Assembly (NCBI RefSeq): GCF_963921235.1
Contig: NC_086108.1
Span: 4,650,001 to 4,714,000 of the forward strand
Length of the DNA: 64,000 nt
Source of the DNA: Mobula hypostoma
Taxonomy: Eukaryota
Direction: 5' to 3'
The notes below the pieces were generated by a model, which saw only the letters and a list, made by a program, of their open reading frames with translations, was not told the DNA's origin and did not search any database. Position 1 is the first letter of the stretch, and the number at the start of each line of letters is the position of its first letter. The translations under genes were made by a program, and so were the position numbers. Shown piece by piece: positions 1 through 11,235 of this stretch.

Positions 1-1935
1 CCACACCCCTCCTGACCCACACCCCACCTGTCCCACACCCCTCCTGACCCACACCCCACCTGTCCCACACCCCACCTGTCCCACACCCCTCCTGACCCAC
101 ATCCCACCTGTCCCACACCCCTCCAGACCCACACCCCACCTGTCCCACACCCCCTCCGGTCCCACACCCCTCCTGACCCACACCCCACCTGTCCCACACC
201 CCACCTGTCCCACACCCCCTCCGGTCCCACACCCCTCCTGTCCCACACCCCTCCTGACCCACACCCCACCTGTCCCACACCCCTCCTGTCCCACACCCCT
301 CCGGTCCCACACCCCTCCTGTCCCACACCCCTCCTGACCCACACCCCACCTGTCCCACACCCCACCTGTCCCACACCCCTCCTGTCCCACACCCCTCCTG
401 ACCCACACCCCACCTGTCCCACACCCCTCCTGTCCCACACCCCACCTGTCCCACACCCCTCCTGACCCACATCCCACCTGTCCCACATCCCACCTGACCC
501 ACACCCCACCTGTCCCACACCCCACCTGTCCCACACCCCTCCTGTCCCACACCCCTCCTGACCCACACCCCACCTGTCCCACACCCCTCCTGACCCACAC
601 CCCACCTGTCCCACACCCCACCTGTCCCACACCCCTCCTGACCCACACCCCACCTGTCCTACACCCCACCTGTCCTACACCCCTCCTGTCCCACACCCCA
701 CCTGTCCCACACCCCTCCTGACCCACACCCCACCTGTCCCACACCCCACCTGTCCCACACCCCTCCTGACCCACACCCCACCTGTCCTACACCCCTCCTG
801 ACCCACACCCCACCTGTCCTACACCCCACCTGTCCCACACCCCTCCTGACCCACACCCCACCTGTCCCACACCCCACCTGTCCCACACCCCCTCCGGTCC
901 CACACCCCTCCTGTCCCACACCCCTCCTGACCCACACCCCACCTGTCCCACACCCCTCCTGTCCCACACCCCCTCCGGTCCCACACCCCTCCTGTCCCAC
1001 AGCCCTCCTGACCCACACCCCACCTGTCCCACATCCCACCTGTCCCACACCCCTCCTGACCCACACCCCACCTGTCCCACACCCCTCCTGTCCCACACCC
1101 CACCTGTCCCACACCCCTCCTGACCCACACCCCACCTGTCCCACACCCCACCTGTCCCACACCCCTCCTGACCCACACCCCACCTGTCCCACACCCCTCC
1201 TGACCCACACCCCACCTGTCCTACACCCCTCCTGTCCCACACCCCACCTGTCCCACACCGCTCCTGACCCACACCCCACCTGTCCCACACCCCACCTGTC
1301 CCACACCCCACCTGTCCCACACCCCTCCTGACCCACACCCCACCTGTCCTACACCCCTCCTGACCCACACCCCACCTGTCCTACACCCCACCTGTCCCAC
1401 ACCCCACCTGTCCTACACCCCTCCTGTCCCACACCCCACCTGTCCCACACCCCACCTGTCCTACACCCCTCCTGTCCCACACCCCACCTGTCCCACACCC
1501 CTCCTGTCCCACACCCCCCGTCCCACACCCCACCTGTCCCACACCCCTCCTGTCCCACAGCCCCTCCGGTCCCACACCCCTCCTTTCCCACACCCCACCT
1601 GTCCCACACCACTCCTGTCCCACACCCCTCCTTTCCCACACCCCACCTGTCCTACACCCCTCCTGTCCCACACCCCCCGTCCCACACCCCACCTGTCCCA
1701 CACCCCACCTGTCCCACACCCCTCCTGACCCACACCCCAGCTGTCCTACACCCCTCCTGACCCACACCCCACCTGTCCTACACCCCACCTGTCCTACACC
1801 CTTCCTGTCCTACACCCCTCCTTTCCCACACCGCGCGTCCCACACCCCCTCCTGTCCCACACCCCTCCTGTCCCACACCCCTCCTGTCCCACACCACACC
1901 TGTCCCACACCCCCTCCTGTCCCACACCCCACCTG
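1..1935. repeat. 16-bp minisatellite, unit CCACACCCC(T/A)CCTG(T/A)C, about 120 units, open at the window start
   Basis: Period read directly (units at 1-16, 17-32 and onward), with occasional 17-bp CCACACCCCCTCCGGTC variants. Explains the repetitive ORFs at 659-1788. Confidence 0.97.
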
Positions 1936-2017
1936 TAGCTCTCCACTTTCACCATTCCCAACATCACTTGCTTCCACCAGATTTACAAATTTGCTCCCTG
2001 CTCTGTGTTGACTAATA

Positions 2018-2089
2018 CAGTACTGTGCAAAAGTCTTAGGTACCCTAGCTATATATATTGTATGTGCCTAAGACTTTTGCACTGTACTG
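2018..2089. mobile_element. Tc1/mariner-type MITE (72 bp) with a duplicated right arm to about 2120
   Basis: TA-CAGTACTGTGCAAAAGTCTTAGG ... CCTAAGACTTTTGCACTGTACTG-TA. A related remnant lies near 33010-33100. Confidence 0.8.
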
Positions 2090-3029
2090 TATATGTGTCT
2101 AAGGCTTTTGCACAGTACAGTCATGGGCAGAACACTTTTGCACCCCAAATTGCCACCTGAGACCTCTGATCGTACCACCAGTTATATTAGGGACAATTTA
2201 CAATGCCCAATTAACGCATAACCTGCACGTCTTTGGGAGGTTTGAGGAAAGATCTGCATGGTCACAGAAGCAAACTCCACCCAGACCTCACCCAGGTTCA
2301 GGATCGAACCCAGGCCACCGAAGCTGAGAGTGGCCTCACCACCTGCACCACTGCATCGCCTATGATGGTTTCACAAAGGCCATGTGTCACACCTTCTGCT
2401 AAGAGGGAGAATGCAGCACCCTGCTAAGTCAAGAAAGAGTGACTTCACCATTTCCTTTAGGAAAGTTCTACCAACACACTTGCTTTCAGGGAATCTGAAT
2501 ATCTGCATAATATTCCAATGACTCATTTTGGGAAAGTCCATGAATATACTATACACCAAGGAATGCAATTGCCTGAAGAATTTTAGGTCACTGCAGTGTC
2601 CCACTATCTACATTCTGCAGATGCTGGGAATGAATTTGAGGTAGCGAGATTCTGTTCTACAGGGGAAGTGAGACAGGGAAGCGGAGTTGAGTCAAATAGC
2701 AGATCATATTGAATGGTGAAACAGGACAGTGGAAACATCCTGCTGACTGTGGTGCCCACCTTTCACATATTTGTGTTCAAAGAAAATGGAAGGCCGTGCA
2801 GGAGGGAAGGATTAGATTGATCTTAAGTAGGTTAAAGGTCAGCACATCGTGGGCTGAAGGACCTGTACTGTGCTGTAAAGTTCTATATTTTATTGATACA
2901 TATCCTGCAGAATTCCTTTGACCTGTGTTACGCATCTATCTTTTGCCAATACCTCATTCACTGGTTTGTTTCTTCCTCCTGCCGATATGGACATTTACAG
3001 AAATACAGTTCTTCTGGAATTATTCATCC

Positions 3030-3575
3030 TTGGGCCCTCTATTTAAGAAAGGACGTGCTGTCATTGCAGAGGGTTCAAAGGAGCATTGCGAAAATGACTA
3101 TGGGATTGAAAAGCTTGTCATATGAGGAGCGTTTAATGGCTCTGGGCCTGTACTTGCTGGAATTTTTAGGAGAATCGGGGGGGGGGGGAATTGCATTGAA
3201 ATCTATCGAAAGTTGAAAGTCCTCGATAGAGTGGATGTGGAGAGGATGTTTCTTATAGTGCGGGGGTTGAAGACCAGGGGACACCACCTCAGAATAGAGG
3301 GATATCCATTCAGAATGGAGATGAGAAGGAATTTCTTCAGCCAACGAGTGGTGAATCTGTGGAATTTGTTGCCACAGGCAGCCATGGAGGCCAAGTCATT
3401 GGGTATATTTAAGGCAGATGATGATAGTTTCTTGATTAGCCAGGGTATGAAGGGATATGGGAAGAAGGCAGGAGATTGGGGCTGAGAGTGAAAATGAATC
3501 AGCTATGATGAAATGGCGGAGCAGACTTGATGGGTCAAATGCCCCAATTCTGTTCCTATATCTTATGGTCTTATA
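3030..3575 (+). mobile_element. CR1-clade (HER1-like) LINE 3' fragment
   Basis: Encodes the RNFFSQRVVNLWNLLP-type CR1 C-terminus and ends in a TCTTATGG-like tail. Confidence 0.88.
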
Positions 3576-3886
3576 TACTCTGCTAATTCTGCTTTGAAAT
3601 GCGCAGTGATGGAAGAGGTGAGATCCCCTTGTCTGCTTTCCTGGATATATTGGGTAACTTGAGCCTTTGTTTCCTCTCTCCCTCCTTACAAATGTCCAAC
3701 TCTGCCTTAAACAGTGGAAAAATTCCCCAATATTTAATGCCAAGAAGTGCGAGGCACATTCAAGCCCCTCATCCCTTTCTCAGCCAAGTTTCTCTTGCTC
3801 AAGAGTCTGCAAATGCCCTGCTCACGGTTTACTAGTCCACTGGCATCAGGCACACCCCCAACCACCCAACCAACACCAGGACGTAC

Positions 3887-4052
3887 AAGCATTTCCCGAT
3901 CTGGTTCCGGCAACGGGCTGTCCAGCAGTATAAGCTTCTTCAAATCCTCTTCAAGGGTGGATTTCTGAGCTCTGCGTGGCGATCGGAGGTCACGGAGAGA
4001 CGCCCGCAGTCTGGGCTGCCCAAAGACATTTGTAGAGGCAACAGTGGTTGTC
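3887..4052 (-). CDS. SIPA1L3: SIPA1L3 coding exon E (166 nt, phase 2 to 0): TTTVASTNVFGQPRLRASLRDLRSPRRAQKSTLEEDLKKLILLDSPLPEPDREML
   Basis: Long polypyrimidine tract plus cacag| acceptor; donor |gtacgt (3' boundary slightly less certain). NVFGQPRLRASLRDLRSPR and EDLKKLI are characteristic of SIPA1L3. Confidence 0.94.
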
Positions 4053-4254
4053 CTGTGAGAGAGAGAGAAAAAAAAAGAGAATGCAGACTTTTATTACTTT
4101 AACGATAAAGGAGCATCCTTTCAAGTAATTGGATTATGAACCATTTGTCATTTAATTCTGATAATTATGGGTCAAAGATACCTTGAGATGTGTTAAGAGC
4201 ATTCTGTTTACTCCCTCTCCTACTGAAAGGTACAAGTATTTTAATAAATATTAA

Positions 4255-4555
4255 TTCCACACCCCCCGCACCCTGACCTTTAGCTCTTCTCACCTGCCTA
4301 TTACTTCCCCCCGAGCCCCTTCTCCTTCTCTTCCTCCAGCTTTTGACCTTTCCCAGCCACCTGGCTTCACCTATCACCTTCCAGCTTGCCTCCTCCCTTC
4401 CCCTCCCCTCACTCCCCCACCTTCCATTCTGGCATCTTCCCACCTCCTTCCTTCTCAGTCCTGAAGAACGGTCTCGGCCCGAAACATCAACAATTGATTC
4501 ATTTCCGCTGATGCTGCCTGACCTGCTGGGCTGCTCCAGCACCGTGTGTGTGTTG
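4255..4555 (+). mobile_element. Penelope-like element terminal fragment with a degenerate hammerhead motif
   Basis: Pyrimidine-rich UTR, then AGTC-CTGAAGA-ACGGTCTCGGCCC-GAAAC at 4457-4485, then GATGCTGCCTGACCTGCTG...TGTGTGT. Confidence 0.75.
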
Positions 4556-6309
4556 ATGTACTGGTTCTGTATTTACCAGTTTCCTTGTTATGTCTTAGAA
4601 CACAGAACATTACAACCTTACGGCACGGGGACAGGCCAGTGCAAGTGGTGCATGCAAGCTCGATTTCAACATTTAAGAGAAGTTTGGATAGGCACATGGA
4701 GGGCTATGGTCCCAGTGCAGGTCGATGACAGTAGGCAGTTTAAATGGTTCAGAACAGACTAGATGGGCCGAAGGGCCTGTTTCTTTGCTGTATGTTTCTA
4801 TGACTTATTCGGCCCACAATGCTGTGCTGAAGCAGCTGAAAAGCAAATTAAAAACACCCAACACTAATCCCTCCTACCAACACCATGTCCATATCCCTCC
4901 ATCTTCCTCACATCCATGTGCCTATCCAAGTACAAGGCAGGCATCCACTACTCTCTGAGTTAAAAACTTACCCCTCACATGCCCCTTGAACCTACCGCCA
5001 CCTCCCTCACCTTCAATGGATGCCTTCTTTGTCTTTGGGACACAACAGCATGAACAGCTCACTCCAGTAGTCTGCGTGTGTGGGAAGATGTGAGAGCTCA
5101 CAGCAAATCTGAAAACTGCAGCCTCAGATGACCAATGCACTGCACTTCACTAGACAAACCATTCCCACCAACGTAGAGGCAATCAGCTTTTGAACTCACT
5201 TTTTCTTGTGAACTCCATCTTACCTAATTGTCCAGACAAAATTTCTACCAGCTTCCAAATGGCTGAGAAGTGAAGCTGCGGTTACACCAACTAGTTTGGG
5301 TAAGTACATGGATGGTGGGCTATGGTCCAGGCGCAAGTCAACGGGACTAGGCAGAATACCCATCGTGGCCACTAGTCTCCGTAGTATCCAAGATATCTCC
5401 AAGGAGCAGTGCCTCAGAAAGGCGGCATCCATCATTAAAGATCCTCACCATCCAGGTCATTCCCTCTTCTCATTGCTACCGTCAAGAAGGAGGTACAGGA
5501 GCCTGAAGGCACACACTCAACGATTCAGGAACAGCTTCTTCCCCTCTGTTATCTGATATCTGAATGGGCAGTGAACCTCACTACTTTTTTATTTCTGTTT
5601 TTGTACTACTTTTTAATTTAACTATTTAATATACATATTTATTTGCTGTAATTCAGTTTTTTCCCTATATTTATCAAGTATTGCATTATACTGCTGCCAC
5701 AAAGTTAACAAATTTCACGACATATGCTGGTGATATTAAACCTGATTCTGATAACAATTCAGTACAGACTAGATGGGCCAAAGAACCTATTTCTGTGCTG
5801 TATGCTCTATGACTCTCTGTGACTATTGACTTGCTGGCCAGTTTTTAATATGACATCTTTCTGTTTCAAATCAATTGTCTAATATCCACTTTCCCATTCT
5901 TGGATATATGTGCACACAGCAAGTGGCACACTTCCAGCACTAACATAGCATGATAGCATGCCCACAACTTACTAACCATAACCTTTTCGTCTTTGTACTG
6001 TTGGAGGAAACGAGCACCCAGAGAAAACTGATGTGGTCATGTGGAGAACGTACAAACTCCTTATAAAATTGAACACTGGTTACTGTCACTGTAAAGCTTT
6101 GTCTAGCCACTGTGCCACTGTGTCTCCCAATTTCCACCCACATTAGGGGAGATTAGAGGTAGTGAGCTGTGGGTGTACGATGTCAGCAGTTGTGGGCTGA
6201 ACCCAGTGCATTCTCAAACTGTGTTGGTCATTGACGCCAAATACGCATTTCTCCGTATGTTTTTGATATATACATGAAAACATGCTAATCTAATCTCCTC
6301 TTTATTCTA

Positions 6310-7005
6310 ACCAAGTCAAGTTTATTGTTATTTATCAATGTATATGTATACCATCAAATGAGATGTTTCTCTGAACCCGTGTAAAGCACAATAGTATACA
6401 TAACACACAATAACTTAAGAAAGTAAGAATTACATCTACAAATGGATTACGCATTGATAAAGGAAAGTGCATAAACTAAATATTGTAGGGTAGAAAACAA
6501 GTTATCTGTGACACTTCGAATACAATGCAGCAGGGAGTTCAGAAGCCTAATAGCCTGAGGGAAGAAACTGTTTCCCATCCCGACCGTTCTTGTTTTTATC
6601 ATCAGAGTCTCCTGCCTGATGGGAGAAAGTCAAAGAGGATGCTGGATGGATGGGTGGGTTCCTTGATAACACTGAGGGCCCTGCGTATGCAGTGCTCCTG
6701 ATAAGTGTCCCTGATGGATGGTAGGGAGACCCCTGTGATCCTCTGGGCCGTTCTCACAGTCCTTTGTCGGGACTGCCAGTCCGATGCTCGGCTGCTCCCA
6801 GACCAGACGGAGATGCAGCTTGTCAGAACCCTCCCAGTGGTGCTCCTGTAACATTCAGTTAAGATGTGGGGGTGGGTGGAGGGAGCCTCGATCGCCTCAG
6901 TCTCCTCAGAATGTGGAGGCACTGCTGTGCCTTCTTGTTCAGCGAGGCGATACTGAGAGACCAGGTGAGGTCGTCCGTGATGTGAACTCCCAGGAATTCA
7001 ATTCC
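6310..7005 (-). mobile_element. Rex1/Babar-like LINE 3' fragment
   Basis: FLGVHITDDLTWS...LRRLRR and HPSSILFDFLPSGRRL in broken frames. Related copies lie at about 35910-36450 (+) and 42495-43220 (-). Confidence 0.8.
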
Positions 7006-9559
7006 TTTGGGGCAGTAATCAAATTTGGAGTGATTACACTCCAGTGACATGTCCTTCGGAGTTTACACAATATCAATAGGCAGCAAAGAAGGTCACAGAC
7101 AGAAGCCACATCCCTTCAGGATAGAAGGAACAGAAGGGAAATAAAAAGATCACACTGCATGAGGCTTTTATACAGGAAGAAAGCAAGCCCTTTGATTGTA
7201 CTTACAAGCTTCTAATACATATTATTGACAACAGAAACATTCGCCCAGACAACACTGTTGTGCACTCTGACAACTGGAGCTGTGTGTGAGTACTCTTGCC
7301 AAATCCCACATCTCCCCCCAACACCCTACCCTTGTCTCAAGGCAGAAATATTTAAAAGTCTTCAGATCTTGAGTGCCAGCACTAATTGGCTTTGAATTCT
7401 GCAGCTAGCACATTCTAATCCGTGAGGGGGAAAGCACTAGAAGATTCAGAATGGAAATGCTGCTGATTCCCTGCCTGTATCTCGCCACATGCTGGTAAAT
7501 AGGCTTTGCTCCCTGGCGTGACATCAAACTACAGAAAATGGCAGAGAGACATCTCCAGATATCTTCATTCTCAGTGTGTGAGAACAATCACATTCCTTCT
7601 CCAGAGCTGTGCTTAAAGTATAATTCATAATTTGTATGCTATTACATGTTGCCTTAGCAGAAGGTCTAAGGAATAATTTTGAACAAAGGTATTGTACATT
7701 TATTATCAAAAACTGTATAAATTAAACAACCTTTTGAGAAACGTCTGCTCACAAGCAGCTCCAAAGCAAGAAACCTGAACGAACCCAATTAAAAAAAGAC
7801 CCACACCCAAAGTGCAGAGAAAGAGGAAAAAAACTCAAATCATGCAAACAATAGAAGCAAGTATCAGCATTCCAAGCCAACCTGAGTCCATAGACCTGAC
7901 TCCCGGAGCAGCCAGAGTAGGCTTATAGCCTCGGTCTTAGTTCATCGTATAGCAGGGCAAATCGGCGTAAAGCTCGTAGATACTAAGCTCAGAGCAGCAG
8001 GAGCTCAGCCTCAGTGCCAAGGAGAGCGGAGTAAAACATCGTGGGGCAGAACCAGCTCGACCCTTGCCTCATCCTGCCGTTTCAATCCATCTGGCCCAGC
8101 ATTTTAACTTGTCCAAGCACCAGGTCCTCCCCCACACTCGGACTGGGGCCATGCCACAGCAATACGCTCTGGGCCACTTCCGGCCCAAACTCGACCTTTC
8201 CAAATTGGCAAAGGCACTTAGATAGATCAAATCTCACACTCAGTTTTACTGAATGAGATCCAAAACAATTCCCATTCAACACTTGTCCTCTCCGAAGTTT
8301 CAACTTCTCTTCTCTGCAACTTCTCCTGGAATGTGTCGTGACTTTGCCCCAACTCTGTCTCGCACCCCCGCGCACCGACTCTGTCTCGCACCGACCCTGT
8401 CTCACGCCCCCGCGCACCGACCCTGTCTCGCGCCCCCGCGCCCCGACCCTGTCTCGCGCCCCCGTGCCCCAACCCTCGGATCAGCCTCGTCTTTGCTCAT
8501 CTCTTCACTGTTTGCAGTGGTCGTTTTCCAGAATTTTCCATATAAAGTGTTATGAATCGAGTATCTAGTCAAATTTCTTGCTTTGAAAACTACGCTGTTA
8601 TCCACCTTCAGTAGCACCATCTTAAACCAAAAGTATCTATTTATTGAATGTTTGTCTTATTTTTTTCACATTGGTTGCTTGTCAGTCTTTCAGAGATCCT
8701 ATTCTATTCCTGTAAATGTCTGCTAGAAAATGAATCCCAAGGTAGTATATCAGGGGTTCCCAACCTTTTTTATGCCATGGACCCCTACCATTAACTGAGG
8801 GGTAACTTACGGTAACATATACACACTTCGATCATAAATTTACTTTGAACATTGGGAGGATTGAAACCTTTGAGTTCAGTTCTTATCACTTCCAGTACTT
8901 AATGTCCTTGCTATGAAGTTCACACTTTCTCTCCAAATGTTTTCAACTTCAACATCCTATTAGACCCAGACCTCATTTTGGGAATTGTCTCCTTCCACCC
9001 CTTGGCACTCATCTCTGTGCACCCACAAATTTTCCAATACAGTACCTGAGCCATCTCCCCCCATTCACCCTGTGCCCTTACCCAGCTCTTTAGCGTACAA
9101 AACCAGGGAAACTGGTTCAATACCCACTGCTGTCTGCAAGGAGTTTGTACATTCTCCCTGTGACTTCATGATATTCCTCTCAGTGCTCCAGCTTCCTCCC
9201 ACTTTCCAAAGATGTACAGGTTAGTAAGGACTGGTGAGTAGTGGGCATGCTATGTTGGCATCAGGAGTGTGGTGACACTTGTGGGCCACCCCAAGCACAT
9301 GTTTGGATTGTGTTGGTCATTAGCAACAGTCAGTGTAGACCAGAGGTAACATCTCCTCCTCGCTAACAATCAACACCGGTGCACTTCAAGAATGCATGCT
9401 TAGACCACTGACTGTGTGGCTAGGCACAGCACAAACACCATCTATAAATTCGCCAAAGACACAGCTATGGTTGGCAGAATATCAGATGGGAGTGAGATAG
9501 ATCAGTTGGTTGAGTGGTGTTGTAACAACAACCTTGCACTCAACGTCAGCATGACCAAG

Positions 9560-10120
9560 GATAGGCAGGTGAAGGTGTTGCGAGATAAGTGGATCGACAG
9601 GTGTAGGTGTTGAAGATAGGTGGATTGACAGGTGAAGGTGTTGGAGATAGGTAGGTGGACAGGTGTAGGCGTTGGAGATAGCTAGTTGGACAGGTGATAT
9701 TGGAGATAGGTATATGGGCAGGTGTAGGTGTTGGAGATAGGTTGATCGACAGGTGAAGGTGTTGGAGATAGGTTAATTGAAGGTCAAGGTGTTGGAGACA
9801 GGTAGATGGACAGGTGATATTGGAGATAGGTATATGGGCAGGTGTAGCTGTTGGAGATAGGTTGATTGACAGGTGAAGGTTTTGGAGATAGGTAGATGGA
9901 CAGGTGAAGGTGGTGGAGGTAGGTTGATTGACAGGTGAAGGTTTTGGAGATAGGTAGATGGACAGGTGAAGGTGGTGGAGGTAGGTTGATCGACGGGTGA
10001 AGGTTTTGGAGATAGGTAGATGGACACGTGTAGGTGTTGGAGATAGGTTTACGGACAGGTGTAGGTGTTGGAGATAGGTTTACGGACAGGTGAAGGTGTT
10101 GGAGATAGGTAGATGGATAG
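9560..10120. repeat. About 31-bp minisatellite (CAGGTGAAGGTGTTGGAGATAGGTAGATGGA-like, some 28-bp units)
   Basis: Units start at 9901, 9932 and 9963. The array begins directly after an RT fragment (KFAKDTAMVGRIS, about 9330-9560). Confidence 0.9.
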
Positions 10121-10660
10121 GAACGTCCTTCTGTACTTTGTCTAGCACTCTTCCATTAACCTCCACTGAGAGACAGATAGTGACTGGTCACTCCCTGACA
10201 CAATCACATGCTTGCCACATTTCCCAACTTGACAATAATCTGCTTTTGGGCTTTCCAGAAAAGAGACCTCCATACTACCCTAGTGGATTCTGGGGCAGAG
10301 GATGAAGTGGCTGGATTATACAGGCAGTGGAGTCACAGAGACTGCAAATGCTGGAATCTGGAGCAACAATCTACTCGAAGAACTCAGTGGGTTGATCAGC
10401 ATCTGTGGGAGGGAAGGAATTGTCAATGTTTCTGGTCAAAACTCTACATAAAAGAGGCGAGGCTGTGTGGGATTGCTGCCTAAGTGGTTCCTCCCAAACT
10501 CCCCAGTTCTGTTCAGCTGATTGTCATCCCGATTATGAGGAAAGGTTGAGTGAGCTCAGACTTTTCTCTTTGGAGAGGAAGAGGATGAGAGGTGACTTGA
10601 TAGAGGTGTACAATATGATAAGAACTAGTACCTTTTTCCCCAGGAGGAAAATGGCCAATA

Positions 10661-11235
10661 CAAGCAACATACATCAAAGTTGCTGGTGAACGCAGCAGGC
10701 CAAGCAGCATCTATAGGAAGAGGCGCAGTCGACGTTTCAGGCCAAGACCCTTCGTCAGGACTAACTGAAGGAAGAGTGAGTAAGGGATTTGAAAGCTGGA
10801 GGGGGAGGGGGAGATGCAAAATGATAGGAGAAGACAGGAGGGGGAGGGATAGAGCCGAGAGCTGGACAGGTGATAGGCAAAAGGGGATACGAGAGGATCA
10901 TGGGACAGGAGGCCTAGGGAGAAAGACGGGGGGGGGGTGACCCAGAGGATGGGCAAGAGGTATATTCAGAGGGACAGAGGGAGAAAAAGGAGAGTGAGAG
11001 AAAGAATGTGTGCATAAAAAGGAGTAACAGCTGGGGTACGAGGGGGAGGTGGGGCCTAGCGGAAGTTAGAGAAGTCAATGTTCATGCCATCAGGTTGGAG
11101 GCTACCCAGACGGAATATAAGGTGTTGTTCCTCCAACCTGAGTGTGGCTTCATCTTTACAGTAGAGGAGGCCGTGGATAGACATGTCAGAATGGGAATGG
11201 GATGTGGAATTAAAATGTGTGGCCACTGGGAGATG
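10661..11235 (-). mobile_element. Young Penelope/Neptune 3' fragment inserted in a CR1 remnant
   Basis: Reverse complement of the endonuclease C-terminus/UTR seen at 49200-49790. CR1 sequence flanks both sides. Confidence 0.85.
10727..10762 (-). ncRNA. Minimal type I hammerhead ribozyme motif (best-preserved copy; sense to the host pre-mRNA)
   Basis: Minus strand reads AGTC CTGACGA A GGGTCTTGGCCT GAAAC GTC GACT. It has stem I AGTC/GACT, CUGANGA and GAAA boxes, palindromic ACGT stem III and a GUC cleavage triplet. Confidence 0.8.

Noticed and set aside
659..1788. Long Gly/Val/Cys/Trp-rich ORFs
   Set aside because: These are translations of the 16-bp minisatellite, open in several frames; they are not genes.
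1..1935. CRISPR-like array or PRDM9-type motif array
   Set aside because: There are no unique spacers and the context is eukaryotic. CCTCCTGTCCCAC misses the CCNCCNTNNCCNC consensus at a fixed position.
3826..3886. Extension of exon E to a downstream GTGAGC donor
   Set aside because: It changes the exit phase to 1 and adds residues unlike SIPA1L3; GTACGT at 3886 fits better.
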